A stretch of DNA of 64,000 nt from a virus (Duplodnaviria > Heunggongvirae > Uroviricota > Caudoviricetes): positions 298,321-362,320 of the IMG/VR virus record IMGVR_UViG_3300020156_000001; one strand, 5' to 3'. Each line of letters starts with the position of its first letter. Position 1 is the stretch's first letter. Below the pieces are notes generated by a model. That model did no database searches. It was not told where the DNA came from and was given only the letters and a program-made list of their open reading frames with translations. Positions 46,153 to 57,300 of this stretch are shown here, one piece after another. Made by a program: the position numbers and the translations under genes.

Positions 46153-47563
46153 CAGCAATTACGATATTGTCCAGTTAAGCGAAAGCGACTGGGCAATCCA
46201 ATACTCGGATGGTTCGCTTGTTTCCGGATACCCGGATCGACAAAACGCCATTGACAGCGCAGCGGAAATAGCCGCAACCACTGTTGTTGAAGTCAACACA
46301 GGTGCTCCTAGAAATCTTGAAGAAGCTATGGTAATCGCGCAAAGTGCGCGTGATTCATACCGTAGCTATCTGTCCAATAATCCTACCACTACACAGGAAC
46401 AACGTGACGCTTACGAAGTTGATATCGTGCGTGCGGATGCCTATGTTAGTGAGTATCAAGCTCAAACCCAACCCACGTTGAATCAAGTCCTCGGCACAAA
46501 AGAGGCATGGTCGGCAGATCAGGAAATTCAACGACAAAACGCAGACAAGGCGCGTATTGATGCTTCTGCAAATGCAGCGGCTTTGCGTGCAGGTGGTGCA
46601 ACTCCTCAGCAAATTGAAGAAGCAGACAAAGAAGCTTTTCAAACCGAGCTTTACTATCAGGGCATTAACAAGCAAAAGACCGACGCGACTTCGGGCAAAG
46701 CCGGACCAACCGATGGCACGCAAAGTGGTCTATTTGATGGTGGCCAACGCAACTTTGCTAATCAGTTTGGTCAAGTTATTTCATCGGATTCCAACATTAG
46801 CGGTTCGTCATCCAGCACCTTGGACATTACCCGAACCAGCTTGGGTAACGAGTTTGGCAACATTGGTAACACCGGCACGCTAAACCAAAGCATTGCATCG
46901 GGCAATGGTACAACCAGTTACCAAGGCAACATCATTTATGATATGAGCATTGGTGTGCGTCCAAAAACAACCACAAGTGAGCAGCGAGTAAAGCTGAGTC
47001 CAAAGCCATCAATTGCTTCAAAGATGATGACTGGCGTGTTGGAACCGCTAAAGGAAACTGGCGGCTTGGTGTTCCCCTATACGCCAGTGATTACGGTGCA
47101 GGGTTCAACAAATTACAACACGTTGGAAACAACCCACGCAAACCAAAACTGGCACATTTACCAAAACACGCCCAGCATTGACTTGTCCATTAGTGGAAAG
47201 TTTACAGCGCAGAACGAAACCGAAGCCAAGTATTTGCTCGCTTGCATCCACTTTCTTCGGGTGCTGACAAAAATGCGTTTTGGTGCATCTGAGGAAAACA
47301 AAGGTTTGCCGCCACCACAGGTTTTCTTGGATGGTTATGGTACCCATATGTTCAACGGCTTGTCTGTAATCCTCAAAAGTTATGACTTATCCTTGGATGA
47401 TGACGTTGATTATGTCAACGTCAACTCCGGAGGTGGTATCTCAAAGGTTCCCACCCTAACCGGGATCACAATCCTATGTACGGTTCAACAAACTCCAGCA
47501 AAGGCAAAGGAATTCAACTGGGACAACTTTGCTAGTGGCAATCAGATGAAAGGTTGGCTCTAA
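46139..47563 (+). CDS. baseplate/tail-tube initiator-like structural protein
   Basis: C-terminal GLVFPYTP...HFLRVLTKM.FG..G.PPP domain; lies upstream of gp53. Confidence 0.65.
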   Translation: MATDNSNYDIVQLSESDWAIQYSDGSLVSGYPDRQNAIDSAAEIAATTVVEVNTGAPRNLEEAMVIAQSARDSYRSYLSNNPTTTQEQRDAYEVDIVRADAYVSEYQAQTQPTLNQVLGTKEAWSADQEIQRQNADKARIDASANAAALRAGGATPQQIEEADKEAFQTELYYQGINKQKTDATSGKAGPTDGTQSGLFDGGQRNFANQFGQVISSDSNISGSSSSTLDITRTSLGNEFGNIGNTGTLNQSIASGNGTTSYQGNIIYDMSIGVRPKTTTSEQRVKLSPKPSIASKMMTGVLEPLKETGGLVFPYTPVITVQGSTNYNTLETTHANQNWHIYQNTPSIDLSISGKFTAQNETEAKYLLACIHFLRVLTKMRFGASEENKGLPPPQVFLDGYGTHMFNGLSVILKSYDLSLDDDVDYVNVNSGGGISKVPTLTGITILCTVQQTPAKAKEFNWDNFASGNQMKGWL

Positions 47564-47875
47564 ATGCCTATGACACGATACTCAAGTGGTTCTCCATACG
47601 CGGCTACTCCTCAAACGTCATGGTACTTGGAGAACCTTACGCTCCGCGATGTAAAGTCGGATCCAACGGACAAAGCTTATGTGATTCCTACAAACTATCA
47701 CCAACGCCCATACAACTTGAGCTTTGAGCTTTATGGGACAAAGGATTATTGGTGGGTGTTTCAAGTCCTTAATCTGGATGTGATTCGTGATCCAATCTAT
47801 GATTTTACTGCGGGTCTAACAATCCGAGTTCCAACAAAAGAACGTTTGCTTAACAACATTCAGGCAACAAAGTAA
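47564..47875 (+). CDS. gp53: baseplate wedge protein (gp53-like)
   Basis: RPYNLSFELYGTKDYWWVF...N...DPIYDFTAG..IRVP. Confidence 0.8.
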   Translation: MPMTRYSSGSPYAATPQTSWYLENLTLRDVKSDPTDKAYVIPTNYHQRPYNLSFELYGTKDYWWVFQVLNLDVIRDPIYDFTAGLTIRVPTKERLLNNIQATK

Positions 47876-49788
47876 TGAGCACATTTGCAACATTTCAAGG
47901 TAAGCCACCCGGCGAAACAGCCGATCAAGTAGCCAAAGGAACTGTGTTTGAACCAAACCCTTTGGCAAAGCTTGAGCAACCAAGCTACCACATTAAGTTC
48001 TATTTGGGCGATGATTTGGGTTTGGATATCAATCCTCGCTTTGTAATCGCAGAGACTGGACTCACCGCTTTCAACATTACTGATTTTGAAATTGATGCAA
48101 AGGTCGCCCCCAACCACAGCGTTAAAAATATCATGGGCACGGCACTAACGTTGACCATTATTGAACCTCTTGGAATGTCACTACCCGACAAGATCATTGC
48201 TGCGGCATCTAGATCAACCATTCAAAACTTTATGCAAGCTCCCTACTATATCAGCGTGGACTTTTTGGGTTACGATACTGATAGCGGTGCAGTTTTGAAG
48301 CCACTCTCAAAGAGCTGGGTTTGGCGCGTTATGATTACTGATTTGAAAACCGACTTGGATGTAACCGGTGGCAAGCATACGATTTCCTTTGTCGCATACA
48401 ATGACGTTGGTACGTTTGACCAGTTCAGCAACATCCGCACAACCATCCAGGTAGATGTGAGTAAAAAAGAAGGCAAGATTGGCGATGTAATGAAAGGGCT
48501 TGAGGAACAGATCAACAATGGTTTGAAAAAGTCCTACAACGTTGCCGGTGGCGGCAAAGTTCCGTTTATCATTGAAATCAAGGACGTTCCGTACAAGGAA
48601 TCCAACGATGGTGTAAAACGTCCATTTGACCACAAAATCATCCGTAACCAAAAGCATTTGGATTCAAGCCGAAATCAGGAAATCGTACAGATCAGCCGAG
48701 GCACAGATATCGGCCGTCTCGTTGACTATTTGATGAGTGTTTCTGAAACAGCAACCAAAATGCTAAACCCTGCATCATCGGGTACTGAAACAAACGGCGC
48801 ATCAAAAGAGTTTTCTACAATGCACCGTGTTGATGTAACATTGGAAAATATCAACTACGATACTAAGTCTCAGGACTACGTGCGTAAGATTACCTTCTGG
48901 ATCCGACCTCATGATTCTGTTCGTCCACTAAGCTCAACAAGTGGTACTGATGCTGCTCTCGCACAAGGCAAAGCCAAATACAATTTTATTCGTAGCAACA
49001 ACTATTTGAAAAAAGAGTACCAGTATATTTTTACGGGTGAAAACACCGAAGTTCTTGATTTTAATATCTCTTTGAACTTTAATTTTGCAGTAGCACAAAG
49101 TCTTGGCATGGGTTATCTCACTACGGAAACGGCAAGCCCAGGACGTCAGCTGGAGCCACTTGCGTTTCACAAACAAGCAAACAATGCGGGATGGTCTAAA
49201 ACATCTGATGCCGATCCACCGCTAAAGGCGTGTTTGGTTCCTCCAGGTAGTGCTGGATCGACAACTCAAGCCGGTGCTTTGCTTGAATCCCTTACCAACT
49301 ACAATGACATTGATTCCCTTGGTATTGGTCGTTCATACCTTCCAGTTGCGTTTGTTCAAGATGGTAACGATCCAAGATACCACGTAAACCAAGCTGTTGA
49401 AGGAACCAACGATCGTACTCGCAGCGTTTATGGTTCCATTTTGAATCAGCTTTACAATACTCGTGATTCAAATCTAGGCGATTTGTCAATTGTTGTGCGT
49501 GGTGATCCATATTGGCTTGGAGTAACTAATACGGAAGATCTAGAGACACCAACCTCGAATTTGGGCGCAAACTACACATTTGGTGACCAATCAGTTCTGG
49601 TCAAGTTCATGATTCCTCAAGGCATTGATGAGGAAGGAAATCCCAAGCTAGTTCTCACCGATTCCTACTCCGGATTTTATTCAATTGACAAAGTTATAAG
49701 CAAGTTCAGTCAGGGACAGTTTACACAAACCCTTCAAGGTCCACGTATCAACACGATGATGGTTTCTGAACTGCTTGGTGGAAAGTAA
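47875..49788 (+). CDS. baseplate hub/tail structural protein (gp27-like)
   Basis: IIEPLGMS, VRGDPYWL, SGFY..KVISKFSQGQFTQTL; lies between gp53 and gp5. Confidence 0.65.
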   Translation: MSTFATFQGKPPGETADQVAKGTVFEPNPLAKLEQPSYHIKFYLGDDLGLDINPRFVIAETGLTAFNITDFEIDAKVAPNHSVKNIMGTALTLTIIEPLGMSLPDKIIAAASRSTIQNFMQAPYYISVDFLGYDTDSGAVLKPLSKSWVWRVMITDLKTDLDVTGGKHTISFVAYNDVGTFDQFSNIRTTIQVDVSKKEGKIGDVMKGLEEQINNGLKKSYNVAGGGKVPFIIEIKDVPYKESNDGVKRPFDHKIIRNQKHLDSSRNQEIVQISRGTDIGRLVDYLMSVSETATKMLNPASSGTETNGASKEFSTMHRVDVTLENINYDTKSQDYVRKITFWIRPHDSVRPLSSTSGTDAALAQGKAKYNFIRSNNYLKKEYQYIFTGENTEVLDFNISLNFNFAVAQSLGMGYLTTETASPGRQLEPLAFHKQANNAGWSKTSDADPPLKACLVPPGSAGSTTQAGALLESLTNYNDIDSLGIGRSYLPVAFVQDGNDPRYHVNQAVEGTNDRTRSVYGSILNQLYNTRDSNLGDLSIVVRGDPYWLGVTNTEDLETPTSNLGANYTFGDQSVLVKFMIPQGIDEEGNPKLVLTDSYSGFYSIDKVISKFSQGQFTQTLQGPRINTMMVSELLGGK

Positions 49789-49791
49789 GAT

Positions 49792-52728
49792 ATGGTTAAT
49801 TCATTTGAGAGAAACGAAAGCGCAGTTGGAGGTTATGCTCAACAGCCTTCAGGTCGTGCAAACATTTACAACCAGACGTATATTGGCTTTGTAAGAAAGA
49901 ACGACGACAAAGACTTTATGGGACGACTGAAGGTATGGATTCCGGATCTTGGTGGCGACTCCGAGCAAGAAGAATCTTGGTATACTGTTAACTATTGTAG
50001 CCCATTTGCGGGTGCCACACCTATCACAAAATACCCAAATAACCAAAAGAATCTTTGGCATGAGGGTAACAAAAAGGATGGTAAAAAGTATACGGAAAGC
50101 CAAGTCTCATATGGCTTTTGGGCAGTTCCTCCGGATATCGACAACGAAGTAATTGTCATGTTTATCAACGGTGACCCAAACAAGGGCATCTGGATTGGTT
50201 CCATGTACAAGCAATACATGAACCACATGACTCCAGGCATTCCTGTTGCGGATGCGTTTGATGAAGCCGCTTGCGGTGCTGAGCAACCTCCGGTTGGCGA
50301 ATACAATAAATTCTCTGAAGTTGGTAACAACCCAAACCCAACTCGTCCTCGTTATGATCCGCTCCACGATGGTCTTAAGATGCAGGGCTTATACACGGAC
50401 AAGCAACGCGGTACGGCAACATCGGGCGCACGACGTGAAGCTCCAAGCCACGTCTATGGTATGCTTACACCGGATGGTTCGCAAATGTATGCGGATGACA
50501 ATCCAGAGAATCAATTCATCCGTTTCCGTACCAAAACCGGTGTGCAAGTGTTGATTCATGAGACTTGCGGTTACGTTTACATGAACTCCAAGCAGGGCAA
50601 CAGCTGGATCCAAATTTCAGATGATGCCATCGACATGTACACGAGCAAAACGTTCAACATCCATGCGGCTGATGGCATCAACATGCACTCGGACAAGGAT
50701 TTCAACTTACACGTGGGTGGCAACATGAACACCTTTGTTGAAGGTGATGTTAAATGGGGTACCGCAGGCAATTGGGATCAAATCACCGGCAAGGATCACA
50801 AGCTGGATATTGGTGGTGCTTATCACAGCACGATCAAGAAGAACCGTAGCATCAAGATCGAAGGCAGTGACAGCTTGGACGTTGATGGTAAAATCACCTA
50901 TCATACCGACAAGACCTTCACAATGACCGCTGATGGTCTCATGCTAATGAAGGGCGCACCAATCAAGCAGAATTGCTCGGATAAACCGGATGAACCAGAG
51001 CCAGCAATTGCAGCGGAAATTAAGGATCCTTGCACACTTCCAGATCGTGAGCTAACTGAGTGTTATCCTGAAATTACACGCCGAAGTGTTGTTACTCGTT
51101 TGACCACACATGAACCCTTTGAAGGCCACAAGTTTGTTTGTGGTGAAGGTGAATATTGGGCCGCTGATTGTTCAGACGCTGGAACAAGTCCTGAGGAGCC
51201 TGAAGAGGAAGAAGACGAAAACAACGAAGAGCCTGATAACGTTGACGATCCAAATGAGGACGAAGACGACAACAACGATAACGATAATCCAAACAACCCG
51301 AATAACCCCAACAACCCGAATAACCCAAATAACCCAAACAACAATAACAACGACGACAACGACGATGATTCATCGGATGATGACGATGATGATTCCAACG
51401 ATGACGATGACTCCAATGATGATTCCAGCTCTTCAGGTGGTGGAGGTGGTGGTGGTGGCGGCGGGGGTGGAGGCTCCGGCGGTGGTGGTTCTGGTGGTTC
51501 CTCTGGCGGAGGTGGTGGAGGGGGTGGATCCTCTGGTGGCTCTGGCGGAGGCGGTGGAGGAGGATCCGGTGGGGGCGGTGGCTCTGGCTCGGGTAATCCA
51601 AACACATCCAACAGTTCGGATGCTAAGAACAACAGCATGTTGGACAAGATTGCTGACTCAGCAGGTTCGAATAGTGGCGACGGTTACAATGAAACAGCTG
51701 GACAGGGCGAATATTCCGGCGGTGATCAAAAGCTAACCGACATGACGATGGATGAAATCGATCAGCTTCAAGAGGAAATGAAGAACGATCCTGCCAACAC
51801 TGATGAAGAAACTGGCGTTGGTCGATACAACATTCCGCAGGAAAAGCTGAGAGAGGCAAAGGCTGAACTTGGTATTCCTGGATCGCAAAAGTTTACACCA
51901 AGCGTGCAAGACAAGATTGCAAACCATTTGCTAAAGAAGGCCGGCGTTGATAAATGGCGCGATGGTAAAATGAGTGACTCCGACTTTATCGACAATGTAT
52001 CGAAGACATTCCCATCGCTACCCAACAGTATCGACGGCAAGACTCAAACAGGCAAACCACCGGGTGTGGTGTTGGGTGTTTGGGAAGACTTCCTCAGCAA
52101 GATCAAGAGTCCAACGCGTCCATCTCCAATTGAGGAAGGCACACAAACTGGCGTGATTGTTCCAATTGGTCCATCGGGTAAACTAAGCATTGGTAAGGTT
52201 ATCTCGGATGAATCTGTTGGTACGGGTGTGGTTATCAACTACTCGGGTGTGATGATGACAAACGCACAGGTTATTGGTATCACCACTGCATTCATTGGTA
52301 TGGTAGTGCAGGTTGAGATTGGCAACCGTTTGCGTCCAGCAAGACTTATTGCGATGAACTCGGTAAAGGATATCGCACACATCCAAATCCTCAGTGGGGA
52401 TTATAAGGATCTTGTGCCGATTGATATGGCAGGGTTTGCAAGCGATGGTGTTCCAATGCAAGCTCTTGGTTATGCGTTTGGTGATGAGCTAGTGGCAATG
52501 CCAGCGAAACAAACAAACGAAACTAACCGCGTTGTCAAATACACTGGTCCGGGTACGCCTCGTGGTGGACTACTCGTATACGGGCTGTCTGTTATGGACA
52601 TGGAAGATGAAAGCGGTCTAAAGCCGGGTATGGCTGGTGGTCCAGTATTGGATTCCTCGGGTAAAATGATTGGCCTAAACGCGGCAAACGTAAACGGCAC
52701 AACAACTGCCCACTACATCCCAACTTAA
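49792..52728 (+). CDS. gp5: baseplate hub/spike protein (gp5/VgrG-like) with a low-complexity linker and C-terminal lysozyme-like and trypsin-like domains
   Basis: OB-fold GRLKVWIP...SYGFWAVPPD...V.V.F, beta-helix repeats, THEPF; then an N/D/G/S tract. Confidence 0.85.
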   Translation: MVNSFERNESAVGGYAQQPSGRANIYNQTYIGFVRKNDDKDFMGRLKVWIPDLGGDSEQEESWYTVNYCSPFAGATPITKYPNNQKNLWHEGNKKDGKKYTESQVSYGFWAVPPDIDNEVIVMFINGDPNKGIWIGSMYKQYMNHMTPGIPVADAFDEAACGAEQPPVGEYNKFSEVGNNPNPTRPRYDPLHDGLKMQGLYTDKQRGTATSGARREAPSHVYGMLTPDGSQMYADDNPENQFIRFRTKTGVQVLIHETCGYVYMNSKQGNSWIQISDDAIDMYTSKTFNIHAADGINMHSDKDFNLHVGGNMNTFVEGDVKWGTAGNWDQITGKDHKLDIGGAYHSTIKKNRSIKIEGSDSLDVDGKITYHTDKTFTMTADGLMLMKGAPIKQNCSDKPDEPEPAIAAEIKDPCTLPDRELTECYPEITRRSVVTRLTTHEPFEGHKFVCGEGEYWAADCSDAGTSPEEPEEEEDENNEEPDNVDDPNEDEDDNNDNDNPNNPNNPNNPNNPNNPNNNNNDDNDDDSSDDDDDDSNDDDDSNDDSSSSGGGGGGGGGGGGGSGGGGSGGSSGGGGGGGGSSGGSGGGGGGGSGGGGGSGSGNPNTSNSSDAKNNSMLDKIADSAGSNSGDGYNETAGQGEYSGGDQKLTDMTMDEIDQLQEEMKNDPANTDEETGVGRYNIPQEKLREAKAELGIPGSQKFTPSVQDKIANHLLKKAGVDKWRDGKMSDSDFIDNVSKTFPSLPNSIDGKTQTGKPPGVVLGVWEDFLSKIKSPTRPSPIEEGTQTGVIVPIGPSGKLSIGKVISDESVGTGVVINYSGVMMTNAQVIGITTAFIGMVVQVEIGNRLRPARLIAMNSVKDIAHIQILSGDYKDLVPIDMAGFASDGVPMQALGYAFGDELVAMPAKQTNETNRVVKYTGPGTPRGGLLVYGLSVMDMEDESGLKPGMAGGPVLDSSGKMIGLNAANVNGTTTAHYIPT
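51190..51600 (+). repeat. low-complexity coding tract: (NPN)n, poly-D, poly-G/S
   Basis: NPNNPNNPNNPNNPNNPN followed by a D-rich segment and about 55 G/S residues. Confidence 0.9.
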
Positions 52729-52737
52729 GGAAAGCAG

Positions 52738-52941
52738 ATGAAAACGTTTAAACAAACACATGCAGAATCACTTATAGAACGACACCTCAGCTTTTCCGTA
52801 TTTGAACATGAAATGGCAAAAGTTGGCGTTTACGTTGTAAAGCCAAGGGAAAGCGTAAGTGCGGTATTCTTTAGAGACGAACGGAGATATTTTGCTCGCC
52901 TAAATGAGGACGACATTGTTGTCGGCGGATATTTTGGATAA
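52738..52941 (+). CDS. small hypothetical protein after gp5
   Basis: AAGGA RBS; 67 aa. Confidence 0.6.
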   Translation: MKTFKQTHAESLIERHLSFSVFEHEMAKVGVYVVKPRESVSAVFFRDERRYFARLNEDDIVVGGYFG

Positions 52942-52943
52942 GG

Positions 52944-52974
52944 AAATGGACCCCAATGGGGTCCATTTTGTTTT
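52944..52974. terminator. bidirectional terminator
   Basis: AAATGGACCCC-AAT-GGGGTCCATTT plus a T tract. Confidence 0.8.
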
Positions 52975-53620
52975 AAGCTGCCCGTACGATATCTGGAAGT
53001 CTATCACGACCAGTGGTTTCGCGTAGCAAGTTGATCCACATTGCACCTTGTTCAATCGCATCGTCAAGTGCGATATGGGTATGCGGAAGATCATCAAACC
53101 AATGCTTGGGCATTGTGCGCTTTGCGGTGTGTGAGAACTTGTCTTTCTTGAGTGCCGCGAAAGCGTAAGTCTTTACGTCCACGCAACGGGAGAATCCAAA
53201 CGGATTGTCACCCAAATAAACGTGAGCATAATAGTCAATCCACTTAAAATCAAAAGCAGCGGGATATCCAACAAACACGGGCTGACCTGGAAGTGTCTTG
53301 AGCCAATCCCCATAACGCTTCATAGCGTATGCAGGTGTTTCTAGATTCTTGCGTGTTTCCGCATATGCGGCTTTGTTTGCTTCGGTCTCATTCCAAAAAT
53401 CCATAGTGTCGGGATGAGGGTTTGCACCGGGAAGCAGCTCTAGATTTGCGCTAAATGTGCCTAGGAGATTTTTGTTAATATCAAACGCTGCGCTTGCAAA
53501 GCTTAGCATGGACGAAAGTCCAGGGACGCGACCGTCTGATTCAATATCCGTGCTTACGTAAATTTCTTCTTTTTGTTTCTTTTGTGCCATTACCAGCCTA
53601 TTATAGGTTTCTTGATCCAT
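52973..53620 (-). CDS. DEDDh 3'-5' exonuclease
   Basis: STDIESDG, AAFD, THIALDDA. Confidence 0.88.
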   Translation of the reverse strand: MDQETYNRLVMAQKKQKEEIYVSTDIESDGRVPGLSSMLSFASAAFDINKNLLGTFSANLELLPGANPHPDTMDFWNETEANKAAYAETRKNLETPAYAMKRYGDWLKTLPGQPVFVGYPAAFDFKWIDYYAHVYLGDNPFGFSRCVDVKTYAFAALKKDKFSHTAKRTMPKHWFDDLPHTHIALDDAIEQGAMWINLLRETTGRDRLPDIVRAA

Positions 53621-53624
53621 AATG

Positions 53625-53903
53625 TCAATCCTTTTCCTTTACGTCTGTCCAGTCAATATTCTTTTCCGGTTCTTCGACGTTGGCAACCGTATGTTTGGGA
53701 TCAACATCCAAAGGAGCTAGTGAGGTACCAATCTTGATATCCGCGAGGGAACGCCGAGGAACACCATCCCATTGCTTGCCCCACTCTGCGTTATCCAACG
53801 CCACTAGCAGTTCATCAAGTTGTTCGGGAGTTGCGGTGTCCAAGTGGATTACTTCACGTTCACGCTTTGGAACAAATGTTTCAAGTACCTTATCTTCTTT
53901 CAT
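53625..53903 (-). CDS. hypothetical protein
   Basis: 92-aa ORF upstream of the exonuclease. Confidence 0.6.
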   Translation of the reverse strand: MKEDKVLETFVPKREREVIHLDTATPEQLDELLVALDNAEWGKQWDGVPRRSLADIKIGTSLAPLDVDPKHTVANVEEPEKNIDWTDVKEKD

Positions 53904-53969
53904 CTTCGTTGCCTTATTATCTTAGTATTTTATAGCCTAATAAATATTGGAAATAGGAGACACAATGTT

Positions 53970-54365
53970 ATGGCTCGCCATCTATTTAAGGGCTTTTCTA
54001 CTATTCCAAACGGCGATAATGTTACCAACCGCAATTGGACATTATACGACCTGGAACTCGTAAAACGCGACCTTCTTAATCACTTTCACACCCGTCGCGG
54101 TGAACGTGCGATGATGCCAACATTTGGCTGCCAGATTTGGGACTTGCTTTTCGAACCACATACTGAAGCAAACATTGAACTGATTGTTGAGGAAGCCCGC
54201 CGTGTTGTGGAATCCGACAGTCGTGTTCGCGTTCAAACGCTAAATGTAACAGAGGTCTCCCATGGCCTCGTTGTTAGCTTCGTTTTGTATTTTGAGCCTT
54301 GGGGCGTTTACGAGAATTTTAGCGTGGAGTTTGATAAGCGAACTCTAGAAGGGATGACAAACTAA
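53970..54365 (+). CDS. gp25: baseplate wedge subunit (gp25)
   Basis: LVKRDLLNHFHTRRGERAMMPTFGC.IWDLLFEP; TAAATA at 53941; AGGAG RBS. Confidence 0.92.
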   Translation: MARHLFKGFSTIPNGDNVTNRNWTLYDLELVKRDLLNHFHTRRGERAMMPTFGCQIWDLLFEPHTEANIELIVEEARRVVESDSRVRVQTLNVTEVSHGLVVSFVLYFEPWGVYENFSVEFDKRTLEGMTN

Positions 54366-57300
54366 TGAGTTCCACACAACGACAGAGCGAACTGTTCGCG
54401 GGTCAGGATTGGACCGCCATTTATAAGGCGTTTGCCGAAGTAAACTTGAATGCGTTTGACTTCGACACCATCCGTAACTCGATGAAGGAATACATTCAGC
54501 GCAACTATCCCGAAGACTTTAACGACTGGATTGAATCTTCCGAGTTTGTTGCGGTTCTTGATTTGATGGCATACTTGGGCCAGTCGCTGGCCTTTCGTAT
54601 GGATATCAACGCACGCGAAAACTTTCTAGACGTTGCTCGTAGCCGCGAAAGTATTTTGCGTTTGACTCGTGCGCTTTCCTATAGCCCGCGTCGTAATTAT
54701 CCAGCTCGTGGTCTTGTCAAGCTAACGGAAATCCGCGCAAGCCAAGACATCATTGATTCCTCTGGAACAAATCTAAATAACGTGGTTGTGCTTTGGGATG
54801 ATCCAAATAATCCAAATTGGTTTGAACAGTTTATCCTTATTCTCAACGCATCGTTGATCCAAACCAATCCTTTTGGAACACCATTGAAAACCGCAAGCAT
54901 TAGCGGCGTAAACACTCAGTTGTATCGTATGGAAAACATCCCATTCACTATGGGTAACATTCCATTCTCTTCCTCAATCGGTGGTGTCAACTACAACTTT
55001 GATTTGGTTAATGTGGACTTTTCCACGCAACGCGGATTTTTTGAACGTGCGCCAAATCCACAAAACAGCTTCCACATTATCTACCGCAACGACGGCAATG
55101 GCAACAACTCAAAGGACACTGGTTTCTTCCTGATGTTCAAACAGGGTTCTCTGCAAAACAGAGACATTGCAATCATTGAGCCAATTGAAAACCGCGTTAT
55201 AGATATTGAAGTTCCAAATATTAACGACATTGACGTATGGCTACAAACGGTTAACGATGATGGCACAGTGGTTATGGATTGGGATCGCGTTGGTTTTGTT
55301 CCATCCGACGATATTACCAAGATTGTAATGACTGGTGAGAACATTTCCTACAACTCGCTTGCTACGGAAGTTCGTGACATTTACCAAGTTATCACTCGCG
55401 ACAACGACACCGTAAGCTTGCGCTTTGGTGATGGTCGCTTTGGTACTATTCCAATGGGTAACGTTCGTTTCTTCTTCCGACAATCCGCTGGCACTTCGCT
55501 TGCAATCCGTCCAGAAGACATGCGGAACGTTGCCATTAGCTTGCCGTACACCACAACGAAGCAAACAACTGCAACAGTCGTGTTGAGCTTCTCTCTTCAA
55601 GAGACTGTAATCAATGCGGCTCCTGCGGAAACAAACGATGAAATTCGCCGTCGTGCCGCTGGTATGTATGCGACACAGGGTCGTATGGTTAGCGGTGAAG
55701 ACTACAACAACTTCCCTGCGTCCAACAACTTGGCGCTCAAAATCAAGAGCATCAATCGCGTTTACTCGGGTCACAGTCGCTTTATCGACCTTAACGATCC
55801 AACCGGCACTTACCAAAGCACCAACGTGTTTTCGGATGATGGATGCTTGTATCGTGAGGAAAATTATTCCTATGATGAAATCCCATTGAGCTCCAACTTC
55901 TCGATCCAAGAGATGATCACGGAAAAGATTATCCCTTCGATTCAGTCGGTTGAAATGCGCGACTTCCTATATCAGGATTGGTTGGAAAAGACTGGCAACG
56001 GCACTTACAACTTTACGTTCAGTGGAACACCAACAATTTGGCAGCAAAGCAGCAATAGCATCTACTCCTCTACTGGACGTTTTGCTCGTACAGCGGTCCT
56101 ACCCGACACCACTGAACAGTGGGATGAAGCTGCAATTGTTCTTGGCATACATGCTCCTGAAACATCCGTTGAACGCTTTATCAGCCAAGGCGCGCTTGTA
56201 AAGTTTAAGAAGGCTGGCTGGGTTACAATCAACAATGTTGAAGGTACTGGCGCGGCGTTTTTGAATTCCAATGAAGGTCCGGTACGTTTGAATGAAGTTG
56301 TAGGAACAGGCGATTCTGTTATCCGTTTGCTTCCAACCATTCGTCGCGAACTCTCAGTAAGCGAGTACGAACAGCTTACTCAGTTGATTTCGTCCAAGCG
56401 CACGTTTGGTATTGGCTGGAACTTTATTGAACGTAAATGGTACTTTGTTGATTCCGCACGTATGAACCTTAGCGGCGCGTATGACTTTGAAACAAAGGAA
56501 TCCACAAGTGATGCTTCCTGGGTTATCAAGTGTGAGTACAGCCCGTTGAACTGGCGCATTACCGCACGCGGTCTCCGCTACGTGTTTGAATCAATGGAAG
56601 ACGTTAAGTTCTTCTTTGTAAACCGTTACCGCAGCATTGATCCCAACACGGGTAAAGTTGGTACTGACCACGTAAACATTTTGAGCTCCAACACTTCTCC
56701 AAATGTGATCAACTCCATCGACTGGTTGCCACAAAAGCGATACTATGTGGGTGATATTATAAGCCTGCGTGACACCTATAATGGTGCAGACGTTGTTGCT
56801 TATTACGAGTGCATTCTCGACCACACCGCAGGCGTACAGTTTGAAGCAACACGCGCGGATTTGGATCTTTCCGGTGAAACTCCAAAGCCCGTATTGATTC
56901 AATATTGGCGCCCGGCAAGTCCTGGTCTGATTAAGGACGTAGTGTGGGATATTGAGAACACTTACACTTACGACGATGGTTATATGGAACCACGCCGCAT
57001 CAAGATTACATTCTCTGATGCAGACGTTGACGGTCAGCCCGATAATCCGGAAAGCTTCAACGATATCACAGGCAAGGGTGAATGGGTATTCCATCAGCGT
57101 GTAACAGATACGTTTGGCTATTCCTCTTATAAAATTATAAATGGTATCAAGGCGTTGCCTTATGGTGCGGCTCTTCCAGTGTTGCAACCAAATGAAGTCA
57201 TTTACATCTATGAGGATGATCAACGCACAGGCACATTCTACCGTAACCTAATGGGTATTGCTGCGGTTCCTGTTATTGGTCGCACAAAGGAAATTGCACC

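Noticed and set aside
51063-51736. Poly-Pro and poly-Thr ORFs on alternative frames
   Set aside because: These are shadows of the low-complexity Gly/Asn/Asp tract inside gp5.
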